A stretch of 63,912 nucleotides of DNA, counting the filler, from Folioceros fuciformis (lineage: Eukaryota): the NCBI GenBank assembly GCA_049999805.1. It is 5 parts of 5 records of this genome, joined end to end, with 100 filler letters (N's around TTAATTAATTAA, not from the genome) between each part and the next. Parts side by side here need not be neighbours in the genome. Positions count along the whole stretch, not along the records: positions 37,990 to 60,201 come from JBNGIO010006396.1; positions 60,302 to 62,676 come from JBNGIO010006402.1; 3 more parts are not named here. One strand, written 5' to 3'. Positions 51,210-62,776 of the stretch are shown here, one piece after another. Positions within the stretch are counted from its first letter, which is position 1. The number at the start of each line of letters is the position of its first letter. A program made the translations under genes and the position numbers. Below the pieces are notes generated by a model that made no database searches, was not told where the DNA came from, and worked only from the letters and a program-made list of their open reading frames with translations.

Positions 51210-52728
51210 ATGGAGCTGCAGGCAAGCGCGCTGTGGATGCCAGTGCTGCTTGCAGCTTTGGGACTGGTTGTAGCCGTGGCAGCTGCCCCGTTACAGGCTG
51301 ATTTCTGGAACTGCAATCCCAGGCCGGTGTGGGGTAATCCCCTGAACGGCATTCTCATTCCCAACTGCTGCACGCTGGAGGCGCTGATGCGCAAGCCCCA
51401 GCCGCTGTACAAGACATGGCAGCAGTACTTGGAACAGAGCGGTCTTCGGGATGGGCCGATGCGAGTGCGTCCAGCTGCGCATCTCATCGCAGACAACGAA
51501 ACCTACCTGCAGCAGCTAGATCTGGCGTTCAGGCTGCACAAGGCGCTTCCAGACGCCGATCCGAGGTCCCAGATTTCGCAAATGAACCTCCACTGCGTTT
51601 ATGGCTCTCCTAACGTGTCGCGCCAGGCTGGGTACGAGCACTTGAGCTACGTCACGCACGTCAATTGGTACTTCTTCCCCTTCCACCGCTGGTAAGCTCT
51701 CATGGAGCAGGAACTGCTGTGCATGTCTAGTTCAAGTGATGGCATCGCTGTTGCTGTTGCTGTTGCTATTGAATCCGGTGATGCGCGTTCCATTTCACCC
51801 TGGCACTTTGGCCTCGGCTGAAAAATAGGTTCACCTTCTTCTTCGAGAGGATACTGGCCAAGTTGGTCGGCGACGAATCCTTTGTTCTGCCTTTCTGGAA
51901 CTGGGACAATCAGGGCGCCGACTCCAAGCACCTTCCCAACACTGTTCCCCACTACTACCGCAATCCTGACAAGTACCCCGGCCTGTATCACAAGTATCGC
52001 GATCCTCGTCACCGACCTGAAGCAGAGCCTGCCGTCATCAACCTCCTTCGCAACTCTGTCGAATCAGGCTTTTCTCCCACGACACCGCAGGAAGTGGCGC
52101 GGGCTCGTGCACTGAACAAGGCGCACCTGCGAAGCTTGATCGTGGACGCCACCGCCGACGGTAGCAGACCCGGAGTCTTCCTCGGCGAGCCGATGCGACT
52201 GGGAAACACCTATCCCGACCATGAGATCTGGAGATCGAAATTCGAAGCGGAAGCGCACATGGCTGTGCATTTCTGGATGGGAGACCCTGCTTATGGGTTT
52301 GCGGACATGGGGCTGGTGTATCACGCCGTTCGCGACCCGATTTTCTTTGCCCACCATGCCAATGTTGACAGGATCTGGAACGTTTGGATGGTAGGTTAAT
52401 GTTGCACGGAGTGGAAGCATGGATGGACCACAGATTATGAATCAAATTTGGACCCTCCCATATGAGACAGACTGACTGACTGGTGTTGTTCGTTGTTCAG
52501 GGACTCGAGGGCAGGCGCAACTATGATGAACCCGACTTCCTGGACGCTGCCTTCTACTTCTACGACGAGAATGCGGAGATTGTGAGGGTCACTGTTGCCG
52601 AGTGTCTCAGTTCTGACCTCCTGAGATACACCTTCCAAGACGTGGAGAACGAGTGGGTGACCTACGACGCATCAGACTATTCAGTCCTTTTCGTTGACGA
52701 CCCATCTTCAGCACGTTCCCAAGCATGA
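51210..52728 (+). CDS. PPO: Polyphenol oxidase (type-3 copper) with signal peptide, 3 exons (51210-51691, 51829-52390, 52501-52728; 423 aa)
   Basis: CuA: HCVYG...HVNWYFFPFHRW. Also LPFWNWD. CuB: HMAVHFW...DPIFFAHHANVDRIW. DWL-region FYFYDENAEIVRV. GT-AG introns restore one open frame. Confidence 0.92.
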
Positions 52729-54113
52729 TGACTGGGTCACCATGCTTGAATGGATGGATTCGAATCCTTTACGTTTAACAGCCCATGCACACAACGTTCC
52801 CGACCGCATGAAGGAGTAGCCTACAGACACACGAAGACACTTTGAACTTGTATTCCTAATGTCCCGTAGTTGCTTAACCTGAGTCACCTGAGTGTCATAG
52901 AGGTCGGGGGCTTTCAGCAGCTTGCTATATCCAGGTCCATCAGGTCGAACTTTTCAAGATCCTCCTCCAAAACGTTGAGAATCAAGACTCAACAGAATTG
53001 TCAGATGCCTACCGCAAGGTCCTTCCAGCCATGGCTGATGGAAAATTTCAAACTTATGAAGCGTAAGATGACATGACATTAGACAGACAACGTAATCTCT
53101 CCCACAATACCACACAACTACTGTGGTTGGTTGTCAACTTCATAGCAGCACTTCAGCTGCAGGTCTTGTGGAAGCACTGTAGATCCCAACTTGGGCTGCC
53201 TGTAAGCGACAGACACGCCCAACCGAAGCCATCTGAAGCAAGAAGGCAGCGGAAAGCGGCAGCTGTGAAGCGGGAAAGGAGGAGCGAGGCAGTAGAGGGT
53301 TTGGGTATTGTGCGAGCATGCCACAAGAACCTTCCGCTTTTGAGCTTGGGCTACAACAGCGAGTTAAAGCAGCCATCGGAGGTGAAGGCCAAGCGTTCCT
53401 TGGCCTTCGGCGGGGGAGGCTGCTAATGTGATCCGTGTAGCTGGGGTTTCGCGGACCCCCGCGTTTTCTTTGGGCCTCGGCTCTGTTCCCGGAACAGCTT
53501 CCTTGGCCTTTGGAGGCGGAAGAAGCTATGTAGGAAGGGTAGCCCCTCTGAAGGGAGTATGAGTGCACAGGAGCGGACAGATTGTGACTGTCAGGAGCCG
53601 AAACAGGCAGCAAACCGAGGCGTCGTCAAGGGATGAGGACCAGGGCAAGTCCATTGGGCTCCAAAGGCGCTGGTGGGAAGATCCGGAAGAACCTGCTCGA
53701 GTTCGCGTGTTTTGCAGGACATCTGGTATCCGGAGACCTCCGGTACTCCCCCGTTGTGCTGCGGAGCCTAACTTTGAGCTGTAGGGATTAATTACCTTGT
53801 CTGGACCTGATCCAAAGGCAAGGAGAGGACAGGCGTCAAGGGCGTGAACTGACAATCTTGCAGCCGTTACCAGGCAAGGAGAGGACAGACATGAAGGGCG
53901 TGGAATGACAAGCTTGCAGCCATTCCCGTCCATGATAATGACAGTTCATCTGGTATGTACTACGAAGAAGGGACCTGTCTGTAACAAAACCAAGTTAACC
54001 GGTCCCGACGAGAGGATCCTTCAAGTAGGAGGCTCGATTTTCACATACATTTGCACTTGGAGCATCCCGTGCTCACAATCGAACTTCAAGCATCCTTTAG
54101 TCGGGATCTGAGG

Positions 54114-54719
54114 ATGGAGATGCTGCCGAGCGCGCTGTGGATACCAGTTCTGTTCGCAGCTTTGGGACTCCTTGTAACCGTGGCAGCTGCCCCGCTACAG
54201 GCTGATTTCTGGAACTGCAATCCCAGGCCGGTGTGGGGTAATCCCCTGAACGGCATTCTCCAGCCCAACTGCTGCACGCTGGAGGCGCTGATGCGCAAGC
54301 CCGAGCCGCTGTATAAGACATGGCAGCAGTACTTGGAACAAAGCGGTCTACAAGGCGACCCGATGCCCATCATCCCAATGTTGACAGGATCTGGAACGTT
54401 TGGATGGTAGGAATGTTAACGTTGCAAGGAGTGGAAGCATGGACCCTCCCATATGAAACAGTCTGACTGACTGGTGTTGTGCATTTTTCAGGGACTCGAG
54501 GGCAGGCGCAACTATGATGACCCCGACTTCCTGGACGCTGCCTTCTACTTCTACGACGAGAATGCGGAGGTTGTGAGGGTCACTGTTGCCGAGTGTCTCA
54601 GTTCTGACCTCCTGAGATACACCTTCCAAGACGTGGAGAACGAGTGGGTGACCTACGACGCATCAGACTATTCAGTCCTTTTCGTTGACGACCCATCTCC
54701 AGCACGTTCCCAAGCATGA
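54114..54719 (+). pseudogene. PPO: PPO duplicate with both copper sites deleted
   Basis: 5' part matches 51210-51460, then jumps at ~54368 to the NVDRIW segment. The last exon and 3' flank (to ~55220) match 52501-53235. Confidence 0.9.
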
Positions 54720-55785
54720 TGACTGGGTCACCATGCTTGAATGGATGGATTCGAATCCTTTACGTTTAACAGCCCATGCACACAACGTTCCCGACCGCAT
54801 GAAGGAGTAGCCTACAGACACACTACGACACTTTGAACTTGTATTCCTAATATCCCGTAGTTACTTAACCTGAGTCACCTGAGTGTCATAGAGGTCGGGG
54901 GCTTTCAGCCGCTTGCTATATCCAGGTCCATCAGGTTGAACTTTTCAAGAGCCTCCTCCAAAACGTTGAGAATCAAGACTCAACAGAATTGTCAGATGCC
55001 TACCACAAGGTCCTTCCAGCCATGGCTGATGGAAAATTTCAACCTTATGAAGCGTAAGATGACATTAGACAGACAACGCAATCTCTCCCACAATACCACA
55101 CAACTACTGTGGTTGGTTGTCAACTTCATAGCAGCACTTCAGCTGCAGGTCTTGTGGAAGCACTGTAGATCCCAACTTGGGCTGCCTGTAAGCGACAGAC
55201 ACGCCCAACCGAAGCCATCTGAGCCCAGTCCGGGCCGTCCCTCTCTGGTTTTCCTGATTCTCATAGCGCATAAGCTGCACACGTCTGACCAGGTCTTTAA
55301 TCTCCTTGTTGTCCTTATCGCCTGGTCCGAGTTCGTCAGGAGTGTCTTCAGCTCTTCGTCCTCCACACTGGGCTCCCGGCCTACTGTCAGGTGCTTTCAT
55401 ACTGCTGTTCGGCCCCCCCGAAGTGTCACGAGCTGAATGCCTTCTGCAGAGCCCGCTGGTTTGGGAGACGTCGGAGGTGGTGGGGACTGATGAGCGCCTG
55501 GGGGTGCTGACTGCTCCAGGGCTTGAAGCACACTCCCCAGCTGCCTCCCCCGGAGGGTCGGACCTAGCCCTCTCCCAACTGGGTGTCGTCGATGAGCGTG
55601 GACGCTTGGATCATCAATCCAGTCTCAAACATTTGCATGCAACAGCAGCAACTTGACGACACTGCGGAATCACGGTGAGCAACGGGTTCTTACAACAAGA
55701 GGCAACAATTTTTAATGGGTCGCGAATTCGCGGACACCCCTACAGTCAGGTAACAGCTACATCGCAGATTTGCCAGCGAAACCAT

Positions 55786-55910
55786 TTGCCCCGTTACAGG
55801 CGGATTTCTGGAACTGCAATCCCAGGCCGGTGTGGGGTAATCCCCGGAACGGCATTCTCATTCCCAACTGCTGCACGCTGGAGGCGCTGATGCGCAAGCC
55901 CGAGCCGCTG
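55786..55910 (+). pseudogene. Third PPO 5' fragment
   Basis: GCCCCGTTACAGGCGGATTTCTGGAACTGCAATCCCAGG...GCAAGCCCGAGCCGCTG matches 51285-51407. Confidence 0.85.
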
Positions 55911-56104
55911 CGGAGCCTAACTTTGAGGTGTAGGGATTAATTGCCTTTTCTGGAACTGATCCAAGGGCAAGGAGAGGACAGGCGTCAAGGGCGTGGAATG
56001 ACAAGCTTGCAGCCATTACCGTTCATGATAATGACAGTTCATCTTGTAGATGAACTGCACACCGGTTGATGGACTGCTTTCTCGAAAGCCTGCAGATCTC
56101 TTAG

Positions 56105-57183
56105 ATTTCCTCCGACTCGGATCTGCCTCGTTACTTCCACGTCTGGCCAGCTGCAGGAAGGCCTGAAGCCAGTCTACGCAGTGCACAAGAGGATTCCATT
56201 AACTTCTTAAGTTGCGGTGAGGTTGAAAATGTTTTGAAGGCGTGGCGCACAAGAATGCAGTCCGATGCAAGGAGTGGCCCTTCAGCTGCGAAAAGGCACT
56301 CACAGGGAGCGACTCAAATGGATTCAATGCAGGAATCAGCATACCCCAACGAAAGGGTGAAAGCAGTTGAGCGGAGAGGTCTAGCAATGGTTATAAATAT
56401 GGAAGAAGACAGACCTAGAGGAGCGGTAGACAGAGAGCGACTTCAAGCTCTGCTCGAGACCTTGAAGTTTGATACAGACATCGTGGTGAACCATCCACCT
56501 AAGGAAGTGAAATCAAGGTTGGAAAAAATTCTCAGGGTCCAATACCTAGCAGAGGACAACTGCTTTCTGTTTTGCATCAACGCCCATGGTGGGACTGATG
56601 AAAACGGAAGGCAGTACGTTCGCTTAGGTGTAAAAGACAAGGCCGGGAAGATGTTGAAGATGATATTTTGAAGCCCATCGCTGAATGCAAGCTTTTGGCA
56701 AACAAGCCCAAAGGTTATTCTCATAAATGCTTGTCGAGGCAATGGCAATCTTGTCAGAGGCATGAAAGCGCAGGAGTCAGCACTGCCAACCCTGCCACTA
56801 CCAGCAAAGCCAAGGTGTCAGAGGTTGAGGGAAGCCAGGTTGTCGGCAAGAGACTTCGACCCCTTTATTCTGTGAAAGACTGCCTCACAGTTTTCTCCAC
56901 CAGTCCTGGAGATGAGTCTTTGAGAGATGTGGAGGAAGGCACAAACTTCATCATAGCTTTGATGGAAGCCATCGTGGAGGGCTCTGAAACAGAAGATGTC
57001 TTGAGCATTCTGACAAGACTGATTGGCAAGGTCACGGGCAAGGAGGTCCAACACAGGACCAAAGACGGGTGCTATGAGAAGAAATATCAGTGTCCTGAGT
57101 TGCGCATGCGCAGCACACTTACCAGAAAGTTATACCGGTCTCAACCACCCCAGACTCCTGTCATGCCTGGCTTGAGTGAGTAG
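56105..57183 (+). pseudogene. COR-like tail plus a complete caspase-like domain (copy 2) with three small frameshifts
   Basis: Open frame 56105-56671: RYFHVWP...FLSCGEVENVL, linker, RGLAMVIN, DRPRGAVD, CFLFCINAHG (His codon 56585-56587). Then KPK/VILINACRG (Cys codon 56732-56734), DCLTVFSTSPGDESLRD..GTNFI, EDVLSILT, QCPE..STLTRKLY. Confidence 0.9.
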
Positions 57184-58089
57184 CATGTGGCCAGGGCCTG
57201 TGATGCCTTCAATCAAGTGTCCGGTATGGTCCTCAGCTACATACTGTTGGTGTATCACATACTGCTTTTGATGGATCTTGTCGCTTCTCCCTTGCCCGGC
57301 ATTCTTTCCTGCTGGGCAAGAGAGACCTTTCACAGCGTCCTGATGGGGATTAACAGATGATGCGCCATGGACCCTATGAATAGGGAAGAACGTGCGCGCT
57401 TGTACAGACACAATTGCGGCTCTTGGTTTTCACAGGCAAGTGATCCAGATTTTTGGCCTTGTGGCTTTCACATCACTTGCACACTGTCAGGATGTATCTT
57501 TCATCTTCCCGACCAGCCGAAGCTTGGTCTCTCAGTGAAATCGCGTGTGGAGCCTCTGCCTTCAAGTCACTGTGACACCAGCGAAGAACGAGGGGTAGCT
57601 CACTACTTAAGTTTACTGGATTACTTTTGCCAGCGTCCCTACTGCAGCACATGCACAGGCATGGCTTTGAATCATCCAATGTAGGACTACACCTGCGCCA
57701 TGTGTGCCTCCCTCCCTGTGGGCGTGAGAGAAGTATCACGCAGATGAGAAACAATGAGCGGCTACAGGAGAATGGCAGCAGGACATGCAGAAGCTTCGCC
57801 ATTCTTCACCATCTGTTCCCTGCTCGGTTTGCCAATCTTTGTTCCTATCATGGCTAGTCATCTCACAATCCAGTTTCTACAGCCTTACGATAACAAGCAC
57901 AGTCTGAGCGCACTTGCCTGGCCTTTGGCTTTCAATCTGGCTTGCATCTTGCATGTCTAAACTTCCAGTCCCAACAGCCAGGCAAGAAGAGCTTCGAGCC
58001 ATGGCTCGCCGGTAGGTTGCGGGGAACTGGGCCAGCATGCTGCATCCACCCGCACCTCACGAAAGCTTCAATTACAATATTTGCTATGG

Positions 58090-58575
58090 AGCGTGCCTGT
58101 GAGCCTTTTGAGAAATTGTTGCATGTGAGTGCTTGCTTCTTGTGCGCCTGCCTGTGAGCCTTTTGAGAAATTGTTGCATGTGAGTGCTTGCTTCTCGTGT
58201 GCCTGCCTGTGAGCTTGCCTATGAGCCTAGGGGTGAGGCTGCGAGTAAGATGGCCTTTCAGCTTGGGAGAGAGACTGCCTATGAGCCTGCGACGGAGCTT
58301 GCCTGTGAGCCTACCCGTAGCCTGTGCGTGAGCCTGCCCATGGTCTGTGAGTGAGCTTGCCTATGAGCCTGCGATGGAGCTTGCCTGTGAGNNNNNNNNN
58401 NCTGCGATGGAGCTTGCCTGTGAGCCTACCCTTGGCCTGTGAGTGAGCCGGCTTGTGGCCTGTGAGTGAGGCTGCTTGTGGCCTGTGAGTGAGGCTGCTT
58501 GTGGCCTGTGAGTGAGGCTGCTTGTGGTCTGTGAGTGAGGCTGCTTGTGGCCTGTGAGTGAGCCTGTCTATGAGC
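58090..58575 (+). repeat. GCCTGTGAG(TGA) minisatellite
   Basis: Many GCCTGTGAG units, including a 21-bp unit GGCTGCTTGTGGCCTGTGAGTGA. Confidence 0.9.
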
Positions 58576-59581
58576 CAACGAAACATAGACAATTTCGTAG
58601 GTGCCACTAGTGATAGTCGTAGAGACACAAAAGGTATAGTTCCCAAGCTATGCTAGAGGCTGAAATTTCTCCTCAAACTCCTTTTGACTTTTGCACCTCA
58701 TAGCTTGACTGAGGTACACGAACCTCATCTCGTACTCAAGCTAGGACTTGCGAAGAACAAAGTACTATAGGCATTTCTTCAAGCAGCCCCTTCCATTGCC
58801 TTTGAATTTTGCATGACACGCCACAAGTGTGCAGCAATAGAAGCTAGGACCTCTTTGTTGGAATAACGCATACTCTAAGCAACCACATAAACTATATATG
58901 ATTTGATTCAGGATTTTGTAACACAGCTAACAAGGACTCTTACTTGGTTAATGCTCTCTTCTCCTTTCTACGCAATAATCAAAAGCTTAGCACACTTAGT
59001 CCCTCCTGCTAGAGATCTCTGCTAGTAAGAACTAAGTATGAAAGAGGGCTTGCGCTCTCTCTAACATTGTAGGATGCTATATGGAATTGGTGGCCTAACT
59101 CAGGCTCCCCGCCTAACTTAGGCTCCCGGCCTTCCTGTACTCTTAAAGCATCGCAATGCGATCATAATCTAACTTTTTCTTCTGCAGGAAAAAAAATGCA
59201 GAGAAATCAAGATCTTCCATAGTATATTTCTATGACAGTGTTGCCCAATTAACTTTTGTCCACCCCACTGCATTCCTAATGCACACTCTTGTAGATGAAA
59301 TGCAAAGGAATTAAGATCTTGTATACCCCAAGATCCACCAAGTGGATGGATTTCTTAGTATGGTGCACAAGGTACTATTATTATTAATAGTATTTAGGCC
59401 TACTAGGGCACGGTTCATCCTAGGTCAGGATACCAACGAGCATAAGTGAAACGGTTACAACCATACTGTGTCTCGCTCGTGACGCTTGACTCTGCACAAA
59501 GGTGCAAACCTTCTACTCTTCAATCTAATGCAAAATCTACCGCCTGAACATCCATCGCTCTCGCCTCTTGCTCCATTCACA

Positions 59582-59593
59582 TGGTATTAGAGC
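59582..59593 (+). mobile_element. tRNA-Met primer-binding site of an LTR retrotransposon
   Basis: CA followed by TGGTATTAGAGC, one mismatch from the canonical TGGTATCAGAGC. LTR 5' boundary not determined. Confidence 0.6.
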
Positions 59594-60301
59594 AGGCGAA
59601 CTGCCTTCCCTAATGAGCAATGCCATGCCCACAGAGATGCCGACGTCTACAAGCAAGGACCAACAGACTGGCAGCAAAATTAGAAATTACCAGAATCCAA
59701 AGAGAGTAAACATCTCTAAAACAAGCCAATGAGAACCTGTTGTACTACGCCTGGTTCCGCGTATGCTCCCTACTCCTGCTAACCGGAGAGGAGCTACAAT
59801 TGCGTGGTTTTCTTGACCCACTTGAATACGATTGGGGATACATCTAAGTATCCTTCCTGTTCATGACATAACAATCCATGATTACAATTCACACTTCCAA
59901 ATCACATCGCATCTTTCTGTCTCACACATAAAAGACAAAATTGCAGCACACATATCAAGTATATGTAGACAACACAACCTAATTAGCATACCTTCAGAAC
60001 AGGAAATCCAGTCAATCCAGCAAGATATCCTTCAAAAACTCACAGCCCTTGATTACAACCCTGCAGAACCAGTCACAACGACAACCAAAACATACTAAAT
60101 CTCTATCACAATGAGACTAGAAATAGAACACATCTTCAGGCACACAATTATTTGCCTGTAGCCACAAATAAAATTGCTCCCAACATGTCTACCTCCACGA
60201 TNNNNNNNNNNNNNNNNNNNNNNNNNNNNNNNNNNNNNNNNNNNNTTAATTAATTAANNNNNNNNNNNNNNNNNNNNNNNNNNNNNNNNNNNNNNNNNNN
60301 N

Positions 60302-62676
60302 ATGCGTAGATGGGAAACCCTGGGTTTGTTGCCGCTCCAGCGCTCAAAGGGTGTGACGTTGGGTAGCTTCTTTGTGGGAAGTCTGTTCTTGAGATAGTTG
60401 GAAGTAGATATGGCTTCGGCCTAGTAGCCTTTAGTAAGTCCAGCAAGCTTAAGCAGAGAGCGTGATATCTCTAGAAGGGAGTGATTCAAGCGCTCGGCAA
60501 AGGAGTTCTGGGCTGGAGTATAAGGTACCGTATACTGTCGTTGAATGCCCTTGGATTTGCAGAAGTCCTGGAAGGCATGACTAATGTACTCGCCTCCGTT
60601 GTCTGTGCGTAGGGTTGCCACCTGAAAACCGGTTTGGCACTCAGCAGAGAGGAGGAAGTCTTGGAAGCTGGGGAGAGCTTCGTCCTTGTGCTTGAGGAAG
60701 TAGACATGACAGTATCGGCTCCATTCGTCCAGAAAGGTAATAAAGTAGCTGTGGCCGCCGAAAGATTCAGTACTCATGGGCCCGCAGATATCCGAGTGGA
60801 CTGTCTCGAGTAAGCGTCTGGCTCGAGTAGGAGAAGGATCATTAAAAGGGAGCTGGTTCAGTTTGGTATACTGACAGACTTCGCAAAAGAAATCCTTGTG
60901 GACTTTGAGCTTAATGGGGTCCTTGTACATTGCAGGATTAGCAAGCATGTTTAGATATCTGGGGTTCATATGACCTGCTCGGCAGTGCCAGAGGAGGGAC
61001 TGATCTGGAGTAGTGGTTGAGTTACTATCGACTAGCAGTGAGGTGGACTGGATATTGAGAAGGTACTGGTCATTGAACAAAAGGCCGTGAGCAAGGGTGA
61101 CTTGATGGGGGTCCTTACTATGGTGGACGGTGCAATGATTTCCTGAAAAGGTGATGATGAGATCATGTTCTGTGGCTAACTTACGGACTGACAACAGGTT
61201 CTTGGTCATGGCGGGAACGTGGAGGACGCCATTAATTACCAAGAGTTCGCCGGTAGACAGACGGAGTTGAACCTCTCCTGAACCCTGGACGGGAAGAGAG
61301 TTGTCGTCCCCGAGGAGGACATGCTAATCTGAGAGGACTGTGTGATAAGAGGTAAACATATCTCGGCAGCTACATATGTGAGTTGTGGCTCCGGAATCTA
61401 AGAACCAGCGACTTGTATCGGTTCTGGTGAGTGTCAGACACACTGCTAGTATTGAATTTGGTGATGAAGGTTTGACTGTGGTGGTGAGGTAAGACTCATT
61501 ACGTGGTGTGTCCCTTCGAGGCTCTCTGCGAGTTTCTTGCGGCATTCATGCTCATGGTGCCCAAGAATCTTGCACCAGTTGCATGCTCCCTTACTGATGC
61601 GTCTGTCGGGTTGTTTGCTCTGCTGAAAATGCCTGTTCGAAGGAGCTGAGGAATTCATGGGAGGCTGGCCTCTTCTATTGGAGAAACCTCCTCGTCCGCC
61701 ACCGCGCCTGTTGCTTCGTCCTCAAGATACGAAGAGGGCATGGCTGATTCCAGAGTTGCTACGAGTGATGCCAACTCTGCTGGATTCTTCCTCGAGTAGT
61801 GCTGCTACTACGTCGGAGAAAGTGTAAGCTGGTGGTGCGTTCGCCCCTGCCACTTGGATGGCTTGCCTCAGTGCAGCGTTTTGTGAGCTAACGAAATTCC
61901 TGTATGATGCAGGCAGAGAGGTTAGAAGTGCAACTGCTGCCTGAAGCTCGGTGATGACGGTGCCGCTATTGGAGAGCTTCGCTCTTAGGGACCGAAAAGC
62001 GTTTACGTGTTGTTCAACGCTATCACTGTCCTTCATCTTGAGTGAGTAAAACTGTCTTGTGGCGTTGATAAGGACATCGAACTCTGTGCCCGAAACATAT
62101 CGTTGAATGCTTTCCAAACATCATGTGAGGTCGCCTGACCTTGGGTGTGTTGCAGCATTGTCTTGTCAATCGCAGATATTAGAATATTGCGGGCCCTCTT
62201 GTCTTTCTTGTCCCATGCGGCTATCTGGTCAAGGGTAGCTGGCGTGGAAGAAGTGAGGGAAGGCCGTGGCAAAGTCCCGTCTGTGACTGACATCAAATCG
62301 TGTTCCTCTAGTAGGGCAGTAATTCGAATGTGCCATATGTCGTAATCGCTTCCTGTGAAGCGATCACGGTCCCTGAATTCTACCTTGGTAGTGTTAATTA
62401 CCGTGGAGATGGGATTAGGGGCAGGATTTGCCATGGGTGCACTGACAAGTTTCTTAGGAGGGAGTTTGAAGGTGTGTGAAGAAAGTGGGTCAAATTTGGG
62501 CATAGAATGTTGAGGATCAAGAAAGGGCTTGCCTGACTCACGATTGCCTGTGGGCAGGCATGCGGCTAATCGCGATGTGTAGGGCCTCGAGCTGCGACTC
62601 GATGCAGTTCAACTGAATTCTGAGATAGTCGAGTGTAGTTGGTACCATGGCAGGAATAGGAGCAACGTACGCACAT
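60302..62676 (-). mobile_element. Ty1/copia gag-pol fragment with stops and frameshifts
   Basis: Gag (FTGSDYDIW, WDKKDKRARNILI), zinc knuckle CNWCKILGHHEHEC, protease WFLDSGATTHIC, LWHCRAGH..CEVC, integrase VHSDICGP/TDNGGEY/AERLN. Order is PR then IN. Confidence 0.95.
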
Positions 62677-62776
62677 NNNNNNNNNNNNNNNNNNNNNNNN
62701 NNNNNNNNNNNNNNNNNNNNTTAATTAATTAANNNNNNNNNNNNNNNNNNNNNNNNNNNNNNNNNNNNNNNNNNNN

